From positions 55,614,001 to 55,678,000 of the forward strand of contig CM060731.1 in assembly GCA_030704615.1 (NCBI GenBank): a stretch of 64,000 nucleotides of DNA, written 5' to 3'. The number at the start of each line of letters is the position of its first letter. Position 1 is the stretch's first letter. Below are positions 34,083 to 46,804 of this stretch, piece after piece. The stretch is from Takakia lepidozioides. Lineage: Eukaryota; Plantae; Bryophyta. The position numbers and the translations under genes were made by a program. The notes beneath the pieces were generated by a model. That model ran no database searches and was not told where the DNA came from. It worked only from the letters and a program-made list of their open reading frames with translations.

Positions 34083-37000
34083 CTGTTGTATCCTCTAACT
34101 CTTGCTGTAATTTGAGAGTGACCTCCTCATCGACCTTGTTTGCACACTCAGTGGCAAGTCGAGCCTCAAACTCCTTCCTGAGTTCCTCCCTCAAAGCTGC
34201 CAATTGGGTAGTTGGAACATGGGATTTGACATAAGTGCCCAACAAATTAAGTGTCCTGCTTATGGAACTCATAAGCATGGCCTGTTGAGGGTCATCATCG
34301 TGAGCTTGCTGCTGTTCTCCCTGATCCTCAACAGTGTGATGCCTCACGAACCATTCAGGCCATTGCCCTACCAGATTTTCTTCCTGAACCACCTCATCCA
34401 CCACAGGTGCTGCAGTGTCTTGATATTCTTCCCCTTGTACCTCCATCACAAGTGTGGTTATTACCTGCACAGCAGGGTTTCCCTTGGACACTCGCTGCAC
34501 CTCTGGAATCATTGTTTCCCTTATCAAGCCAGAATTTTCATAGAGAAGGTCACCCTTCTCAATTTCGGCCACGACCTGCTCTGTAGTGGGAATGTCTAAT
34601 CTTTCTCCTTCCTGAGCAATTGGGGTTGATGTCACATCATATACTAACTGTGGAACCTCTAAAACAACAGAGTCATTTGGTTGTGGTGGCTGTGACATCG
34701 AAGTGACTTCCTCCTCCCTCTCTGAAGGCCCTGCTTCCAATAATAGCAGCTCTCTGTGCTGCCGTGCCCCTTCCTGCACAAGAGTTTGGGAACATTATCA
34801 TGCGGTTTCCGTGAAGCCAGTGGATCCGCCACTACAGTCTTTCCCCGCCTCTGTCTCTTAGACTGGGGTTGCACTGCCAGTCCACCCTCACTGTGTGAAG
34901 AGCCTTGCTCTTCAATTGCAGTGGTTTCTGTTTCAAACACTCCCATCTCCTTTCTTTCCCGAGTATCAAGTATGCAAGAATCAAGAATTATTTGAGCAAT
35001 GATTGGACCAGACACAACGATCGGAGACTTTGCAGTAGTGCCCTGTAACCTCTTCATCTCGTCCACCAAGCCGTTGTACATTAACTCCGCCCAAGCGACA
35101 TCCTCTCCCCTCAAAGCTTTCAGGATCTCCTCTGTGAAGGACCTGCTCAAATACTGTTGGTTCTGTTTCATGGCAAACAGAACGTTCAAGATTTGGCCAA
35201 CCTCCCTAAGCCCTGGGTACTCGGCTTTGGTACAAGCAAAACCTTGAGTTTTAAAGAAACTCCCTTCTTGGAACAAATTCCCTATCTGCAATCTTGCCCT
35301 GTGCTCATCCACCTCCACATGTCCTGATGGCAAATCAAATAGTTGCTGCAGGTACTGGGGAGTAATTTATATATCTACTCCCCTCACCTGAGTAACTCCT
35401 GTCCGAGGCTCAAAGTTTTGAAGGAATTGTATCATGAACTGCCGATGATGCAACGACCAGTCCTTGCGTAACAATCCCTCCAAACGCAGCTCCTTCAGTA
35501 GCTGCACCGCCTGTGGTGCAGCGATCGTTTGCTTCTGTAAGATTGTGGTGCTTTTCACCCTGCTATCTTCCATTCCTCTCACTCTCTTCATTCTGGACAA
35601 ACAGAAAGGTTTTGGCTGTAACAATTGAAGAAATGCCTGCAGGGCACAAAGCATAAACGTATGGTTGCCACAAAATGATATGGGTAATTTCTTGTAAGCC
35701 TGCGGGGCTTGCAAGCATCGATTAAGAGAAAAGATACTCTCTGTTCTTCTATCTTCGTGCCACTGCGTAAGTAGTATCGCGAGCGTATAGTCTGTTAGTT
35801 CCTCCATAGATTCAAAGCTATAGCATTGATGGTCTGTCCCGTCGAGACGCCCGTTACTTGGAACGATACCGACTCTTGCGCTTAAAATCCCTCCAATTTC
35901 TTGATCCTGCTTCTGGCTTATGATTGGCTGTAACTGCTGTGACTGGATTTTAGATTTAATTTCCTTCCATAGATTTTCCACTCTGGACTGTCCACTAGGA
36001 TAGCACATGTGACATGGATTTCGCTTTTTGGTACTTCTAAAGGGTTTCGTTACCCTTTCCCCGTATGCATTAATGGGCCCATAATAAGTTAATGTGTCGG
36101 GTAGATACTTTGACGGCCAATTTTGTCTTCTTCCTTGATGACACTTGCCTTTGCAATCCATGTCCGGCTATGTGTCTCGCCCTGGCGTCCACGTGTCCAT
36201 TTCTAAACGTGCCTCCGTCTACTTTTCCGCCGGCCACTCTCCGAATGTTAACCCACGTCCACCTGTCACTGATCCTATGGATTGTGTAACCCCAGTAGGC
36301 TGTGTTGAGCTGTGACAGGCTGTGTCATACTGTGGTACGTTGTGATAGGCTGTGTTGCACTGTGGTAAGCTGTGATAGGCTGTGACACGCTGTGGTAGGT
36401 TGTGATAGGCTGTGTGATACTGTGATGGGCTATGATAGGCTGTGTCGCGCCTTGATGGGCTGTGATAGACTGTGTCGCGCCGTGATGGGTTGTGATAGGC
36501 TGTGCCACACAATGATGGGCTGTGATAGGCTATGCCACACTGTGATGGGCTGTGATAGGCTGTGTTGCGCCTGTACTGCCCGCCCTGGTCATATACGCTC
36601 GGCCTAGCGACAAGTGCTCCATACTCCATTGGTATCAATGGCGCAGCCCGTGACTGCTTCTGCGTTTCAACATGCAAATCATGTTGCAATGGTTTGTCAT
36701 GGATACCACTGTACCCCTTCAACTTATTGGCATTGACTCTTCACGGTTTGTAACATGGCGGTGTTGTTATCATACATCTTCTGTATGACATAAGGTCCTT
36801 TCCATGGTGATTTAAGTTTAGAAGCTTTAATCTTTCCCTTCTTCTGCAACCAGAGAACCAAATCTCCCGTCTTAAAAGTCTTTAACTTGCCTTCATCAAA
36901 CTGTTCCTTTCTCTTCATCTGAATTCTGGTCATGTTATCAGCTGCATCAGCACGTACTTCTTCCACATGGTATAATTCATGTTTCCTGACCTTAATTGAA

Positions 37001-39320
37001 TCTTGCAATTCCATTCTCTTTCCCCATTCCGTTCTCATGGTAGGTAACAGGAATTCTACTGGAAGTAAAGCTTCCATACCATAAACTAATTGGAATGGTG
37101 TATACTTAGTGGTGACTTTATATGAAGTCCTGTATGACCACAAAGCTGTCAGCAGCTTTGTATCCCAATCCGTTCTGTTTGCATTGACTATCTTAGCCAA
37201 GATAGTACATAGTATTTTGTTGGTAGCCTCTGCCTGCCCATTACCCTGTGGGTAATATGTTGTACTCTTCCTATGCACAATCATGAACTCTTTAGTCAAT
37301 AGTTCAATGGTCTCGTTAATGAAGTGACTTCCCTGATCACTGATAAATTCCAAGGGACAGCCAAATCGTGTAAGTATGTTCTCATACAGGAACCTTGCTG
37401 TGGACTTGGCTGTGTTGTCCCTCAAGCTTTAGCTTCCACCCACTTCGTAGTATAATCAGTGGCTGTAATTATGTACCTGTTCTGTGTATTCTTGGCTGGT
37501 GGGTTAATTGGTCCAACAAAGTCTAGTCCCCATTTCTGAAATGGTTTCGTAGGCATTGTAGGATGCAAAGCCATCTTCCCAGATCTCTGCAAAGGTCCTA
37601 GCCTCTGACATTCATCACAACTCTGACAACACTTGTGTACATCTTTGAACAAAGTAGGCCACCAGTAACCTGCAAGTAGTATCTTCCTACTGGTAGTCTC
37701 TTCTCCAAAATGACCTCCAGCCACTCCTTTATGAATTTCCTCCAAAACTTTATTTACTTCATGGTGGTACAAGCATCGTTTAAGTACTCCATCAGGTCTT
37801 AGCTTATACATTCTGCTTCCTACCATAGTATAAGGTAAAGCCTTGATAGCGATTCTCTTCCTCTGCTCCTTACCATAACTAGGTGGGCACTGACCATGAG
37901 TAAGGTAGTATCTGATTGGCCACTGCCAATCTAACCATACATCTGCACTTCCTTGCACCTCCATTACAAACAAACTCGCATCAGGTAACTGATCGTCTAC
38001 TCCTGTGGCGGCCTCCTGTTGTTAGTCGTGACAAATGATCTGCCACAAGATGCAAACAGCCAGGCTTGTAAGCAACTTCGAACTCAAACTCGTGCGAGAT
38101 TATTAACCACCTCGCTATCCTTCCACTTATCAAAGGTTTGTTCACCAGATATATCAGAGCCTGGTAATCCACATAAAACATAAACTTTCTTCCCAATAGG
38201 TAATGCCTGAATTTCTTGACAGCATAAATCATTGCCAATGCTTTTCTTTCTGTTGTGCTATAGTTCCTTTCAGCACTGTTAATCAACCTGTTAGCATAGT
38301 ACACAGGTGAATCTATATTTCCTGTAACATTCAGGGCTAACACCGCTCCCAACGCTTCTCCTGAGGCATCACAGTGAACATGAAATACTACATGCCAGTG
38401 AGGGTTAATCAGCACAGGTGTAGTTGTTACTGACAATGTAAGTTCCTCAAAAGCCTGTTGACATTTAGCTGTCCATGCAAACACTGCATCTTTCTTCAGA
38501 AGCTTGCTCAATGGTGCTGCTATTTGTGCATACCTTTTGACAAATCTTCTGTAATAACTGGTTTGCCCAAGGAATCTCCTTAGACTCTTAACATTTACTG
38601 GTGGTGGAGAGGCTTTAATGGCCTCTGTCTTCCTGGGATCCACAAGAAGTCCCCTCTTACACACAATGTGTCCCAGAAGCACCCCTGAGTTCACACAGAA
38701 AGTACATTTATCTGGATTCAGGCCCAAACCTCTCATCCTGCATCTGGCCAGACATAACTCCAATTTATGCAAGTGCTCATTCTTAGAGCTGTACACACTG
38801 AAATCATCCGAGAACACCTGCATGAAATCATCCAGATACTCATGAAAAGATTCACTTATCACTCTCTGAAAGGTTGCTGGTGCATTACAAAGTCCAAAGG
38901 GCATGACTTTGTATGCATAAGCACCCCAGTCTGTGATGAAAGCTGTGTTTCCCTGGTCTTCTTCTGCACTTGCACTTGATTATAACCACTGAAGCCATCC
39001 ATGAATGAGTACATCTCATGGCCTGCCACAGTGTCCAATACTGCTTCTGTGAATGGCAAGGGGAATGGATCCTTCTTCGTGCAAGCATTCAACTTCTTAT
39101 AGTTCACACAAACTCTTAGTTTACCATTCTTCTTGGGAACTATCACAATGGGTGACAACCAAGTTGTATACTCTATTGGGTATATAAACTTAGCCTCAGC
39201 CAACTTCTTGATCTCTTCTCCAACCTTCTGTGCATAGTTGGGATTCATTCTGTACCTTGCCTGCTTGATTGGTACTGATCCTGGTTCCAGTTCAATCTTA
39301 TGCTGACAGATCTCAGGTGG
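34083..39320 (-). mobile_element. Gypsy internal fragment (RT-RH-INT, 30-bp repeat, extra ORF), diverged subfamily
   Basis: ORFs 38859-39371, 37981-38904, 37422-37973, 36724-37425, 35367-36161, 34659-35333 and 33970-34779. Confidence 0.93.
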
Positions 39321-42300
39321 GGGGGCTGCTATTTCATGAGCCATGAGCAGAGTCGTAAGTGTGAAAAACACATGAGCAGCACTATTTTCCGGAAATGAGT
39401 GTCCGCGGGAATAGGGTTTAGGGTGCCACGGTCATAGGGGGAGAAGGACCTCCCGATGAAGGAGGTTCGGCAATGTTATTTAGAATTATATATTGAAAGG
39501 CAATGTTTCGCGAATGGAAGGGTGGTACTGCTCTGTACAATGGGGGCCCATTTCAGCCTACCAGCCACTTGCAAAATCCACCCACACTCCCAATCCCAAA
39601 CAAAATGAGCAATGACGCATTCTCGGAACGATGGACACAGAATAGAATAAAAAGAGGGCACAATGAGGTTTTTATTGATCCACATGAATTGCATTTGAAG
39701 CACGTCTACTGTGCTGATTGTGCAATCAAATCTTTAGCCCTGTGCCTACTGAATACAAGTCACGTTGTCAATGGGACTTCGACTGCTCTCACAACTAGCT
39801 CATGAGTCATGGGGTCCTCCAGGTAAAGTCGATTGCAGCCGTTGTACCGCCCCTAGTGATGTTCACCACAATGTCCTGCCTTTCAATCATACCACCATCG
39901 AATATGGAAATCTTCACGTTTTCGTCGTCCACACCAATGCGAATGTCCCCATACAATGGAGAAGAGGAGCGCACTCCTTCAGGAGAATAGGTCTCTCCGA
40001 TGGGAGTCCACCCATGTCCAGTGGCAGCAGTTCCACCGCAACAGCATAGCAGTGCGCCTTCTTCTGCATGGGTGACCGTCGTAGCTGGGAAAATCGGAAT
40101 CGAGGATGCGCAGGAGCCACGGACTCCTCAGACCAAGATCGTCACCCCGCTCGAAGGCGTAGTGGCCTAGGATATACTCAAAAGCCACCAATGTTTCCAC
40201 AATCGAACCAGTATCTTCTGTGTAATCTGTGTACCAGATAACAATGTCTCCCGATGTGGCCAAATACATTGCATAATTGATGCCTCCAAATGGGCAGTCG
40301 TCCCGGTTCCGGAAGCACGGCATCCTTGCAAAGGAGGACCTGAGGACGACTTGGATGCAGATGACAATGACCTTGCGGACAGCTACGAAGCCCTTAGATT
40401 TTCGAAATGATGCGAAGCGGAAGAGCAGTCCGGCCTCCAATAATGGAGCATCTGGGTCCCACGTACCCACCGACGGAGGTGGAACGTGTTCATCACGCCA
40501 GCGGTGGATGAACCCATACATCTTTCTCAACAACAAGTTATAGTTTCAGATCTGCCACCGAAGTCCATCTCCCCGAATGGAAATTCGGCGCCACATTTAC
40601 ATCGAAGAGGGGATGGACTTCGTCGGTCCAGTGGCTATCGGCCCACCTGGTAGTGAGTGCCCATAGTTTGCATGGCAGGGTAGGAAACTGAAATGGCTAC
40701 ATTCATGCAGCAGCCAATCTTCATCGGTCCAGGATCCTGTAGGGGGGAAATTTAAATGTGCCCTGGAGTGTTTGTGAGGAATTGCAGCGTTAGCTTGAAC
40801 TTTTTCCAGCCACCGCGCTGCTCATTTCTACAATTTGTCTGTCCGGATGAATATACCAGAGTAACCAGTATGAGAGTCATGTGTCAAGAGTATACCAGAG
40901 TAACGCCATGTCGGCATTGAAATGCGGCACCGCATTTCCATGCCGGACAAGGAAATGTGGTGCCGCATTTCAATGCCGACATGGAAATGTATGAACCGCA
41001 TTTCAGTGTCGGACAATGGGATGCGGTGCATCATTTCCGTCCAGGTACACGAAATACCAACACGGGTCTATAAATTGGACAGACAACGAGGTTGGCATTG
41101 CAATGCGGCGACGCATTTCCAGCTTGGCAATGGAAACTTCTTTTTGGACAAGGGAATGCGGTGCCGCATTTCCGTCCAACACTTCGAAAAGTGTGACATT
41201 TCCGACCAACGCGATGGAATGCGTTACCGCATTTCCGTGAGTGGGTCTGCAAATGGACAAATTGCGATGTCCGTTCTGGAAATGCGGCGCCGCATTTCCA
41301 TGTCCGTCATCGACTTTTTTTTGACAATGGAATGCGGTGCCAATATTTTGCTGACCTGCCTGCAGAAAGACCATCCCCAATATGGAAATGCGGCACCGCA
41401 TTTCCAATTCCACCATCTCGACCTCCTTGTTCGACCTCTGTAAGCGTGGTGGCATCCATGCAATGAGCGGGAGAGGCCAAAACTGGCGTGTGGACAAAGG
41501 AAATTTTGGAAATGCGGCACCGCATTTCCAATCGGCCGATTACTTTTTACTATGCCAACATTGAAATGGAAAATTGAGTTGCCAAAATTTTGGAAATGCG
41601 GTGCCCCATTTCTGATTTTGGAGCGTCGTGGTTTGGGCGATTGTGTGGCTGGAATGCACACTGGAGAGGGGTCACGAATGTCGGGGAGAATTTCCTTATA
41701 TACTCTGGAAGAGAATTTACATTTACAGAGACTTCATTAAAATTCTATTAATCTTGAAAATCATCCGAATCCTCATCCTGTTCTAGACTGTCCTGCTCCG
41801 CCTCCACCCCCTCATTGCCTTTCTCATCTCCAGCGGACCTCTCGTTGGCCAGGCTTTCGAAAATCCCATCTTCCCCTTGCGGAACTGTCCATCTCACCTC
41901 CGTTGGGTCGTCTTCCTCCCTGTCTGCGTCGCTCTCATCCGCTGAATCACATATGTACTTTCGTACCCGTCTACCTGTCTGAGCTGCTGCCAACTCTTTC
42001 CTTATCCTTCTGTCCTCCCTAGCCCTCTCCAAAATCTGCTCTACTTTACTGGGATTCTCACTTCTTCTAATCGCTGTATTTGCGAGTTTAGCTGCATAAC
42101 TAGGAAGGGAGTAGTCCCTCACCGGGCTCGTCATGAAGTCGGCCCTCGCAAAGAACGGGACATTCTTCCTGGCAGGAAGTGTAGGCCCTACATGTTTCGA
42201 CCCGGACCCTGCAATCCTGCACATGACAATCATCAACGAGACTAATGAGAACCACAGTCGGGAAATTCGTTTGACAAAAATGACCCAGAAGGCTTTGCAA

Positions 42301-45300
42301 ACTTACAATGTTTGCACTCACTCGTATTCCGGGTTCTCCTCCGCATCAATGTCCACTGTGTCTTCCTCGGACTCCGACGAATCCGAGGAGACTTCCGCTC
42401 TGTCGGGAGCCTTAACATGTCCGTGAGTACCGCAGGGGTTCCGTTGAAGTGAGGCTATGAGGGAGAAGTTCCTTGGGAACGTTGTTGAACAGAACGTCGT
42501 AATCGAGGGGGTCACAGTTCGGGTCAACCTTTCCTCCCTCCTTCCGGAAAGCAAAGGTGGAGTTCTCCTTCACAAAGCAGTATGCATCGAACTGGTTCGT
42601 CTGCATACACAGGGGGGAACGATTAGAAACCGAATGCGGCACCGCATTCGAAAACACCCAAGCAAATGAATGGACGAGTGCCAGTGTCGTAATCACCTTC
42701 TTCCCTTCCGACCAAAGGCCCAGTGTGTTGATGCACGTCCACTTCTTTTTCAGAATCGGGACGGCGCTCTTGCGGGTCCACTTCGCAATTCCTGTCTGAG
42801 TGTTTTTTCCTCTGCTCGCCAGGACAACCACACAGCCTCTGTCGTCCAACACCATGCGGGCAAGCCCGAATCCTTTCTTCCAAAAGTCCTCCGAGTACCT
42901 GTTCCAGATGGCAAAGCTTGCAGTCCTTCCACAGGCTCTCCGTCCGGAATATCCAAGATGATCATATCGCAAGACCACTCGGTGGCATTCCGCCCCTCCT
43001 ACAATCCTTGTCTGCACACACCCTCTCAAAGAACGAGACCATATTCTGAAATCCTGGGGTGTCGGAAGGCCTCTTCGGCAGTCGCCTTCTTCAGTGCTCT
43101 GCCCTTCAGACCCTCCATGTCTTCATGTATGCCAACTTGGCTGCCCATCCATCCAAAGCCGCCAAGAAACTCTCATTTACACACTGGACTACTGTTTCGG
43201 AGCCACTTTGGCCTCTTCATTTCCACCGGCTCGAAAGGGTGCCCCCCTGGGGTTGAAGAGTGCCTTCTTTGCCGAGCCAGTTCTCGTGCCTCTCGTGACA
43301 ACGGTGGGCACAGGGGAGCAGCCTGCGTTTGGGGGGGTGGGCTGGTTGCAAAGTCTCCATCGGAGTCCTCTTCCTCACCCTCTTCCTGAACAGGCTGTTT
43401 CTGTTTCTTCGTTTGGCGGGTGTCACAACAGCTGCTCCTTGCTGGCGAGTCCTCTTTCTTCGACCCTTCTGTTGGGCCTGCACAGCTGCATCCACCGTCT
43501 TTTGTGCCATCTCAGCTGCCTTTCTGGATTCTTCCAGAGCAGCAGATTCCTTTGCCGACTCTGGCCGAGCAGGGACCGTCTTTCCTTTCTCTTCTCTTCT
43601 GCTTTCGCGTGCAGATCTTTCTTAGAGTCGTAAACAATTCCGCCAGACATGTCCAGGTACCATGGGCATCCAACCAGATGCGCGCATGCCATTGTTTCTG
43701 CAGCTCGGTGTATATAGACACAGCTGGGGCCCGCCAGGTCCAAGCCATGAAGAACGGGGGCTCTTGGCCAGGGACCCCTGTCTGAAGAAGCACGTATTTC
43801 ATATAGTGCATGGCAGTCAGCATTGCGTGAGCAAAAGTTGAGACCAACGTACTCGCAGAGTGCAACCAAAAAACATAAAATGCGAATGCGGTGCCGCATT
43901 TCCCAGACAAACCTCATTATCAGGCTTTGCGTACAAGGACAGCGGCTTCACCTGTAAACAATTCGCATTGCAGCTTTTCCCGCTCCCTCCTGATGTGTAA
44001 ACTCCACGCTCCTTCTTGCTGTCTGTAGCTCCCTCTGGCGAAGAGGTTGTCTTTGTAAGCACCATCTGAAACGTGTCACGTAGTCTTCCAATGTCTGTGT
44101 TCCATCCCATTTGACGTACAAGCCGAACGAATTTGTAATGCATTACGACTTGCTCCTTCGCATTCGTCATTACCTGCATTCCCACATGCATTGTCACGTA
44201 GCAGTTCAGGGAATTCATTTCAGAAAAGCAACTCTGGGAAGTACCCTTGCATTTACCTGGAACCACCAAGTCATGCGGTTGAGCCACACATCCACTGCAG
44301 GGTCGGAAACTTCCAGTGGAAAAGACCACATTGTCCTTTATGCTCTCGGATGCAATTCCAGATCGACAGCCACCGTGTCTGCCATTTCCGATCCAATGTC
44401 AGGAGCTGGAGAGAGTGGCTATGCTAGGAAGGAACTTCAGTGCATTGAAACCTCACCTTCTCTTTCGCCTCAACACATGCCGTTTGAGAGGTGATGCAGT
44501 TTCTCCAATTGCATGGTCGGCTGCATGGCCCGAGAATAGTGTTTTGCAATCTCGGGGATGAAGTCCTTTCAAGTGCCGGATCTGCAATTGCCACCAGCTT
44601 CACAAGCTTGACTTGTATTTGGTTCTGGACTTGACACGCTTCCTTCAAGTGCTCAGTCAATGACTGCAACGTTTTGACCTGCCCCTCACTTTCCATTAAG
44701 AAGCGTTTGCATGGGCCAAATCCAGCTTGATGTTTGACTGCCAACAGAAACATGCAGAAGCGTTACATTCGATTCATGTGGAAAGATATTATTGAAATTG
44801 GGGAAGGATGAGCAGAGGGAAATTGGAGGACGACTTACTTCGTATATCACCTCCACCATTCCAATCCATAGTGAGACGATACCATGTCCGGTCTGTTTTG
44901 CAACGGCTTTCTGAATGAGCTCGGGCTTCCAGCATTTCCGCAAACATCTGCGGATCAGTGAGACCAGTTTTCCTCACCCTGTACAGCATATGTCCATGTG
45001 GGATGCACGTACGCATTCTCAGTGACCCTCAAGCACACTCTTCAGTTCAGTACACGAAGCACGGAAACAAACCATAATGGAAACCGAAATGCGCACCGCA
45101 TTTCGAACGTGCTAGGGAGGGTATGAGTATCTTACGAGTTGAGGTCCGCCATGGCATTCTTGAGCAGGGAGGAGTCTGCCGCCTTCACCTTCAGGATGAC
45201 ACACTCCACCATGTAATGCCAGCCAATTGCTTGGCATGGTTCTGCTTGATGTACTCCCACCAGGCAAGAAGTCGGTGATTCCCGTCCCACACAAAGAACA

Positions 45301-46304
45301 TTTTTACCAGACATATGGCCGAAGTCTGGATCACCCTTCAGCGTCGCCTCGAATTCATCGTTGCGAGCGTGTGCCCATGGGTATCCCACGTTGACAATTC
45401 ATCGGGCAGTTGGGTCCACAGTTTCGCCGTCCTCATTCTCAATGGAAACGTAAAACGCTGCCGATCCCAGACGTAGGGTTACCCTTCTCGAAATGCGAAC
45501 TTGAGCTTATCCACATCTCCGGGAAGGGCCTGCCTGACATGGAAGGGAGGACCATGCGACAGAGTGGGATTCGAAGAGTCCGCTGGAATACCCTGCTGCC
45601 CAGAACTCTGCCAATGCTACTGTGTGTGTCTCCTCCAACATTTTATCCGCTGCACTTTTGAAATCCTCCGAGAGACATGTCTGTAGGTGCCGGTAGTGGC
45701 TGAGCAGCTGGAGCATCCTCAACTGGAGCTGCACTCTGGGGCCTGTTTGCGGGAATTCTGCCATTACAGAGGCCTCCTCCGGGCCTGTTTGTGGGCAATT
45801 CTGCCATTACAGAGGCCTCCTTCGGGCCTGCTTGCTCATCGGTGGTGAGGTCTTGCTGCGAACGTTCAGCGGCAGCACCCTCCTCCGGTACCAAATCGAC
45901 AAAAACGGTCGATCCCATTGCCTTCGCTGCAGCAGAGACGGCCCCAACATCTGCAGGCGGGAAATCCTCCAGGAACTGAGCTTCAGCTCGTGGAAGCGGT
46001 TTTGCGGGAGATTGTTCGGCCGTCGCCCTGATTGCCTTCTGCTTCCTCATCCTTGCAGGTGAAGGTGTCTGCTGCAATTGAATCTGTCTTTTACCCTGCT
46101 GCTTCATTCGCGTTGGGGGGGGTGAATCGGCCTGAGCCGGTTCAGAAACCAGTAGAGGGACGGGCTGCTTCTTCTTCGACTTTGTTGGAGAAGGGCCCGA
46201 CCCCTGCTGGCGATTCTCCATGACCGAAGAACGCGAGTCGATCTCTGGGGCTTTGAACTTGCCATTCGAAGCCGCGTCTTTGAAACGCACAGGGCTAGGC
46301 CCGG
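39321..46304 (-). mobile_element. Element X copy 2 (inverted, deletion derivative lacking orphan gene A and the SAM-binding motif)
   Basis: Begins GGGGGCTGCTATTTCATGAGC. Collinear with copy 1 except for deletions at ~40822 and ~42420. Confidence 0.85.
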
Positions 46305-46804
46305 NNNNNNNNNNNNNNNNNNNNNNNNNNNNNNNNNNNNNNNNNNNNNNNNNNNNNNNNNNNNNNNNNNNNNNNNNNNNNNNNNNNNNNNNNNNNNNNN
46401 NNNNNNNNNNNNNNNNNNNNNNNNNNNNNNNNNNNNNNNNNNNNNNNNNNNNNNNNNNNNNNNNNNNNNNNNNNNNNNNNNNNNNNNNNNNNNNNNNNNN
46501 NNNNNNNNNNNNNNNNNNNNNNNNNNNNNNNNNNNNNNNNNNNNNNNNNNNNNNNNNNNNNNNNNNNNNNNNNNNNNNNNNNNNNNNNNNNNNNNNNNNN
46601 NNNNNNNNNNNNNNNNNNNNNNNNNNNNNNNNNNNNNNNNNNNNNNNNNNNNNNNNNNNNNNNNNNNNNNNNNNNNNNNNNNNNNNNNNNNNNNNNNNNN
46701 NNNNNNNNNNNNNNNNNNNNNNNNNNNNNNNNNNNNNNNNNNNNNNNNNNNNNNNNNNNNNNNNNNNNNNNNNNNNNNNNNNNNNNNNNNNNNNNNNNNN
46801 NNNN
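46305..46804. other. Assembly gap (500 N)
   Basis: Run of N. Confidence 1.
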
